NCBI GenBank assembly: GCA_964579265.1
Contig: CAZOFO010000018.1
Location: forward strand, 1 to 10,167
DNA from: Candidatus Micrarchaeota archaeon
GTDB lineage: Archaea > B1Sed10-29
Reading direction: 5' to 3'
DNA: 10,167 nucleotides
The notes beneath the pieces are model-generated. The model did not search any database. It worked only from the letters and a program-made list of their open reading frames with translations, and was not told where the DNA came from. The position numbers and the translations under genes are program-made. Each line of letters starts with the position of its first letter. The first letter of the stretch is position 1. Of this stretch, positions 7,673 through 10,167 are shown one piece after another.

Positions 7673-8071
7673 ATGAATATGAATGAAAAAGGTCAAGGAG
7701 CCTTGGAATACCTAATAATAATAGCAGCAGTACTAGCCATAGCAGCGATAATCGTAACGGTCTTAACAGGGGTACTAGGAGGAAGACAAGAAGCAGCACT
7801 AGTAACAGAGGCGGAAAGTGATGCAACAGCCTGCAACCAAGCACTAGTAAACAATATGGAAGAACCAGGAGAAGACGTATACGAAGACATATGTAGCGAT
7901 ATATGTTCTGAGGATTCTGACTGGTACCAAGAAGAAGTAGGAGCAGTAACAGGAGACGGAAACACTTTAGTAACAGACTCGGATTGGTGGGATGCTACTA
8001 AAGAAGAACCTCAGGATCTTGTAAGAGGAGCATGCATGGCAGGAATGCCAGAATGGATAGTAGAAGGATAA
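7673..8071 (+). CDS. Class III signal peptide protein, probable major pilin
   Basis: MNMNEKG/QGALEYLIIIAAVLAIAAIIVTVL: KG cleavage site, Gln+1, Glu+5 and a hydrophobic helix (DUF361 / class III signal, EppA-substrate type). Its own TATA box and the best SD in the locus argue for major-subunit status (inference). Confidence 0.88.
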   Translation: MNMNEKGQGALEYLIIIAAVLAIAAIIVTVLTGVLGGRQEAALVTEAESDATACNQALVNNMEEPGEDVYEDICSDICSEDSDWYQEEVGAVTGDGNTLVTDSDWWDATKEEPQDLVRGACMAGMPEWIVEG

Positions 8072-8130
8072 AATCCTTGAAAAATTACCGAAAAAAATAA
8101 GCACAGTAAAGCAGAAAAGAGCAGAGAAAC

Positions 8131-9135
8131 ATGTGGAACTACATATACCCATCTATAGCACTAGCAGTACTACTAACACTGAGCTACACCGATATCAAAG
8201 AAAGAATAGCACCAAGAGAAATAACCTACGGACTAATAATAGCAGGACTAGGACTACACACAGCACAATCAGCACTACAACAAAACCTACAACCCATCCT
8301 TTATTCTTTATTCGGAACAATAACCATGTTCGCACTAGCCTACCTAATCTACTTAATGGGAGGATGGGCAGGTGGAGACGTAAAACTATTCACAGGACTA
8401 GGAGCAATAATACCGTTCTACGGAGCAATAAGCAACATAACCTATCCAATACCTTTCCCAATACTAATACTAGCATCCTCAACAATAGCAATACTCCCAT
8501 TCACCATAATCTACGCAGTCTACGAACTAATAAAAGAAAAAACCACTGAACTAAAAGAAGATATAAAGAAATCACTTCCAAAATCAATATATTCAGGATT
8601 CATATTAACAGGAGCACTCTACCTGACAACAGTAATAAATATACACCCTGGATCAGCCATACTGATAGCACCATTCATATACATAGCTAAAGAACCAGGC
8701 TACCCTGTCACAGCATTCTTATTCACTCTATCAATAATAGAAGAACCAACAGGTACTCTGAGATACTTAATGATATTTGTATCCCTATCAATCCTACTAA
8801 TAACAGGAATAAAAACATACAAATCCATAAAGAAAAATGTATTAAGAGAAGAAAAACAAATAGAAGAACTTAAAGAAGGTTACATACCTGCAGAAGATGT
8901 ATGGAGAAAAGAAGAATCTCAAGAACTAAAAAAAGAAGAACCAACTTTCTTTAGATTTAGAAAAGAAGGAAAAATAATAATAGATTCGAGAAGAGCAAGA
9001 GGATTAACTGAAGAAGAGATAAAAACTCTAGAAGATTCAGAAATCAACAAGATCAAAATAAAAAAGAGCCTTCCTTTCATCCCAATACTAACCCTTGGTT
9101 TCATAATCCTGCTTATAGCTGAAATATTTTTATAA
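8131..9135 (+). CDS. eppA: A24-family prepilin peptidase, EppA-like
   Basis: Catalytic aspartates in YTDIKER and GGWAGGDVK; many TM helices, including extra central ones; soluble insert LKEGYIPAE...GLTEEEI; C-terminal LPFIPILTLG. Length (334 aa) and position among Gln+1 pilins fit EppA better than FlaK/PibD. Confidence 0.88.
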   Translation: MWNYIYPSIALAVLLTLSYTDIKERIAPREITYGLIIAGLGLHTAQSALQQNLQPILYSLFGTITMFALAYLIYLMGGWAGGDVKLFTGLGAIIPFYGAISNITYPIPFPILILASSTIAILPFTIIYAVYELIKEKTTELKEDIKKSLPKSIYSGFILTGALYLTTVINIHPGSAILIAPFIYIAKEPGYPVTAFLFTLSIIEEPTGTLRYLMIFVSLSILLITGIKTYKSIKKNVLREEKQIEELKEGYIPAEDVWRKEESQELKKEEPTFFRFRKEGKIIIDSRRARGLTEEEIKTLEDSEINKIKIKKSLPFIPILTLGFIILLIAEIFL

Positions 9136-9160
9136 AAATTCGTCCTACTCCATAAAAATA

Positions 9161-9178
9161 ACCAAAGGTCTTTTATAT
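9161..9178 (+). promoter_or_regulatory. Putative BRE/TATA of a leaderless minor-pilin transcript
   Basis: accaaaggtc followed by TTTTATAT (9171-9178), ending 23 nt before ATG 9202, which has no SD. Confidence 0.55.
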
Positions 9179-9200
9179 CCAGAATACTTTACAATAACAT

Positions 9201-9438
9201 AATGGAAAACAAATCCCAAGTAAGTTTAGAATACCTAATAATGCTAAGCCTCGTAATAATAATAGCTGCTATAGTGATGGTTCTAACCACTAGACTATTC
9301 ACAATAGAAGACACAATAAGAGAAACCATCACAGGATTCAGAAACAGATTCCTTGGAACAACTTAAAAATTAATCACCTAAAAAACTGATAAAAAGGATA
9401 AAAATGGAAAACAAATCCCAAGTAAGCTTCGAATACCT
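9201..9438 (+). repeat. Direct repeat: 24 bp identical (aatggaaaacaaatcccaagtaag) at 9201-9224 and 9403-9426, extending to 36 bp with 2 mismatches
   Basis: Direct comparison of 9201-9236 with 9403-9438; covers the start codon and signal peptide of both mini-pilins. Confidence 0.95.
9202..9366 (+). CDS. Mini-pilin 1, class III signal peptide protein (54 aa; not in ORF track)
   Basis: Hand translation: MENKS/QVSLEYLIMLSLVIIIAAIVMVLTTRLFTIEDTIRETITGFRNRFLGTT*. QxSxEY motif plus hydrophobic helix. Confidence 0.88.
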   Translation: MENKSQVSLEYLIMLSLVIIIAAIVMVLTTRLFTIEDTIRETITGFRNRFLGTT

Positions 9439-9580
9439 GGTGCTAGTAGCCATCCTCATACTAATAGCTTCATTAATCGTTATAATCTCCGGACAATACA
9501 TAAATACATCAGAAACAGTTAGAGAAACCGGAGAAACATATTCAGAAAGAGCAACTGAAATGATGGAGGCTTTGAGATAA
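9404..9580 (+). CDS. Mini-pilin 2, class III signal peptide protein (58 aa; not in ORF track)
   Basis: Hand translation: MENKS/QVSFEYLVLVAILILIASLIVIISGQYINTSETVRETGETYSERATEMMEALR*. AAGGA SD-like element upstream; stop is 1 nt before the next ATG. Confidence 0.88.
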   Translation: MENKSQVSFEYLVLVAILILIASLIVIISGQYINTSETVRETGETYSERATEMMEALR

Positions 9581-9581
9581 A

Positions 9582-9998
9582 ATGAAAAAAGGACAACTAA
9601 CCCTGGAATACCTGCTGATGCTCGCAGTGCTACTAATCTTGTTCACCAGTATATCCATGGAACTAATGGATTTCTCCAGCGAAGAAACACTACAAATACA
9701 AACAGAACAAATGAAAGAAATACACGGATCCACACTCATAAACAATGCTGAATCACTGTCACTACAAGCACCAGGAGCAAAACAATCAATAACAGTCACA
9801 GCCCCACCTGACTGCGGATACCAAGTAGGTGAAAATATAATTGAACTAGACTGTTCAGTTGACACTTCAAGCGAAGAATACGACGGAGACATACTAGGAG
9901 ATATAGAAGATATAGAAAACGTTGAATATCTCCCTGAAGAAACTTCCGAAATCTCTGCAGGCCAAACGGACGAAATAAAAATGATGGTAAGATTCTAA
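9582..9998 (+). CDS. Minor pilin, class III signal peptide protein (138 aa)
   Basis: MKKG/QLTLEYLLMLAVLLILF; acidic beta-rich C-terminal domain with two Cys; GGAGG SD at 9565-9569. Confidence 0.88.
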   Translation: MKKGQLTLEYLLMLAVLLILFTSISMELMDFSSEETLQIQTEQMKEIHGSTLINNAESLSLQAPGAKQSITVTAPPDCGYQVGENIIELDCSVDTSSEEYDGDILGDIEDIENVEYLPEETSEISAGQTDEIKMMVRF

Positions 9999-10018
9999 AA
10001 AACCATAAAAGTGATTAA

Positions 10019-10167
10019 ATGAGAAGAGGAGTAGTATCTTTCGAATTCATGATTCCCCTTGCTCTAGTTCTGATAGTTACCGGGGCTGTACTACCAAGCG
10101 TGATGGAAGAATCAAGAGAAACACTGGTCCAGACATCAGCCAGATCAATAATGGCATCCCAACTCAC
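10019..10167 (+). CDS. Pilin-like class III signal peptide protein, 3'-truncated by the window edge (not in ORF track)
   Basis: Hand translation: MRRG/VVSFEFMIPLALVLIVTGAVLPSVMEESRETLVQTSARSIMASQL...; RG site, Ser+3, Glu+5, hydrophobic helix; GTGA SD-like element at 10011-10014; frame open to the end of the window. Confidence 0.8.
   Translation, partial: MRRGVVSFEFMIPLALVLIVTGAVLPSVMEESRETLVQTSARSIMASQL

Noticed and set aside
7890..7910. Heme c or radical SAM motif in the pilin (CSDIC)
   Set aside because: It is CxxxC with no following His or third nearby Cys; neither CxxCH nor CxxxCxxC.
8133..8549. 138-aa alternative-frame ORF inside the peptidase gene
   Set aside because: Thr/Asn/Ser/Arg low-complexity product is the expected by-product of NNA codon bias in the real frame.
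3751..9135. Archaellum (arl/fla) operon or conjugative T4SS
   Set aside because: No ArlH, ArlF/G or archaellin-type N-terminus; two separate platform genes rather than one ArlJ; no VirB4 or relaxase in the window; pilins are of the Gln+1/Glu+5 type.
9127..9135. Oligo-T terminator at the end of the peptidase gene
   Set aside because: Only five T's, inside the last codons; too weak to call.
9201..9438. CRISPR-like repeat-spacer unit or att sites
   Set aside because: Only two copies, 202 bp apart, both coding for signal peptides; no cas gene or integrase nearby.
474..9892. Numerous minus-strand ORFs rich in Phe/Ser/Leu (e.g. 474..824, 2045..2353, 3191..3736, 5019..5456, 9542..9892)
   Set aside because: Antisense shadows of A-rich, well-supported + strand genes; no motifs or expression signals.
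9202..9998. Mini-pilins as fragments of one frameshifted pseudogene
   Set aside because: Each ORF has its own complete signal peptide, start context and clean stop.

Overview
Archaeal chromosomal window (AT-rich, very strong A bias on the coding strand, highly charged proteins and strongly acidic extracellular domains, suggesting a halophile or halo-thermophile). Left part: the 3' end of a radical SAM tetraether lipid synthase (Tes/GDGT-MAS, MJ0619 family), followed by two small co-oriented ORFs, a convergent Lys-rich ORF and an archaeal-type threonyl-tRNA synthetase with an N-terminal editing domain. Right part (3751 to beyond 10167): an EppA/Epd-like archaeal type IV pilus locus with an assembly ATPase, two TadB/TadC-like platform proteins, an acidic 4-Cys putative major pilin, an A24 prepilin peptidase and at least four more class III signal peptide proteins. 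Three of these pilin genes are missing from the ORF track, including a tandem pair of 54 and 58 aa headless mini-pilins sharing an identical 24-bp leader. Residue-level oddities include Asp at the position of the ThrRS zinc-ligand Cys and Gln in place of the ATPase Asp-box Asp. No RNA genes, CRISPR arrays or mobile elements were recognised. All family assignments come from recalled motifs, not database searches.
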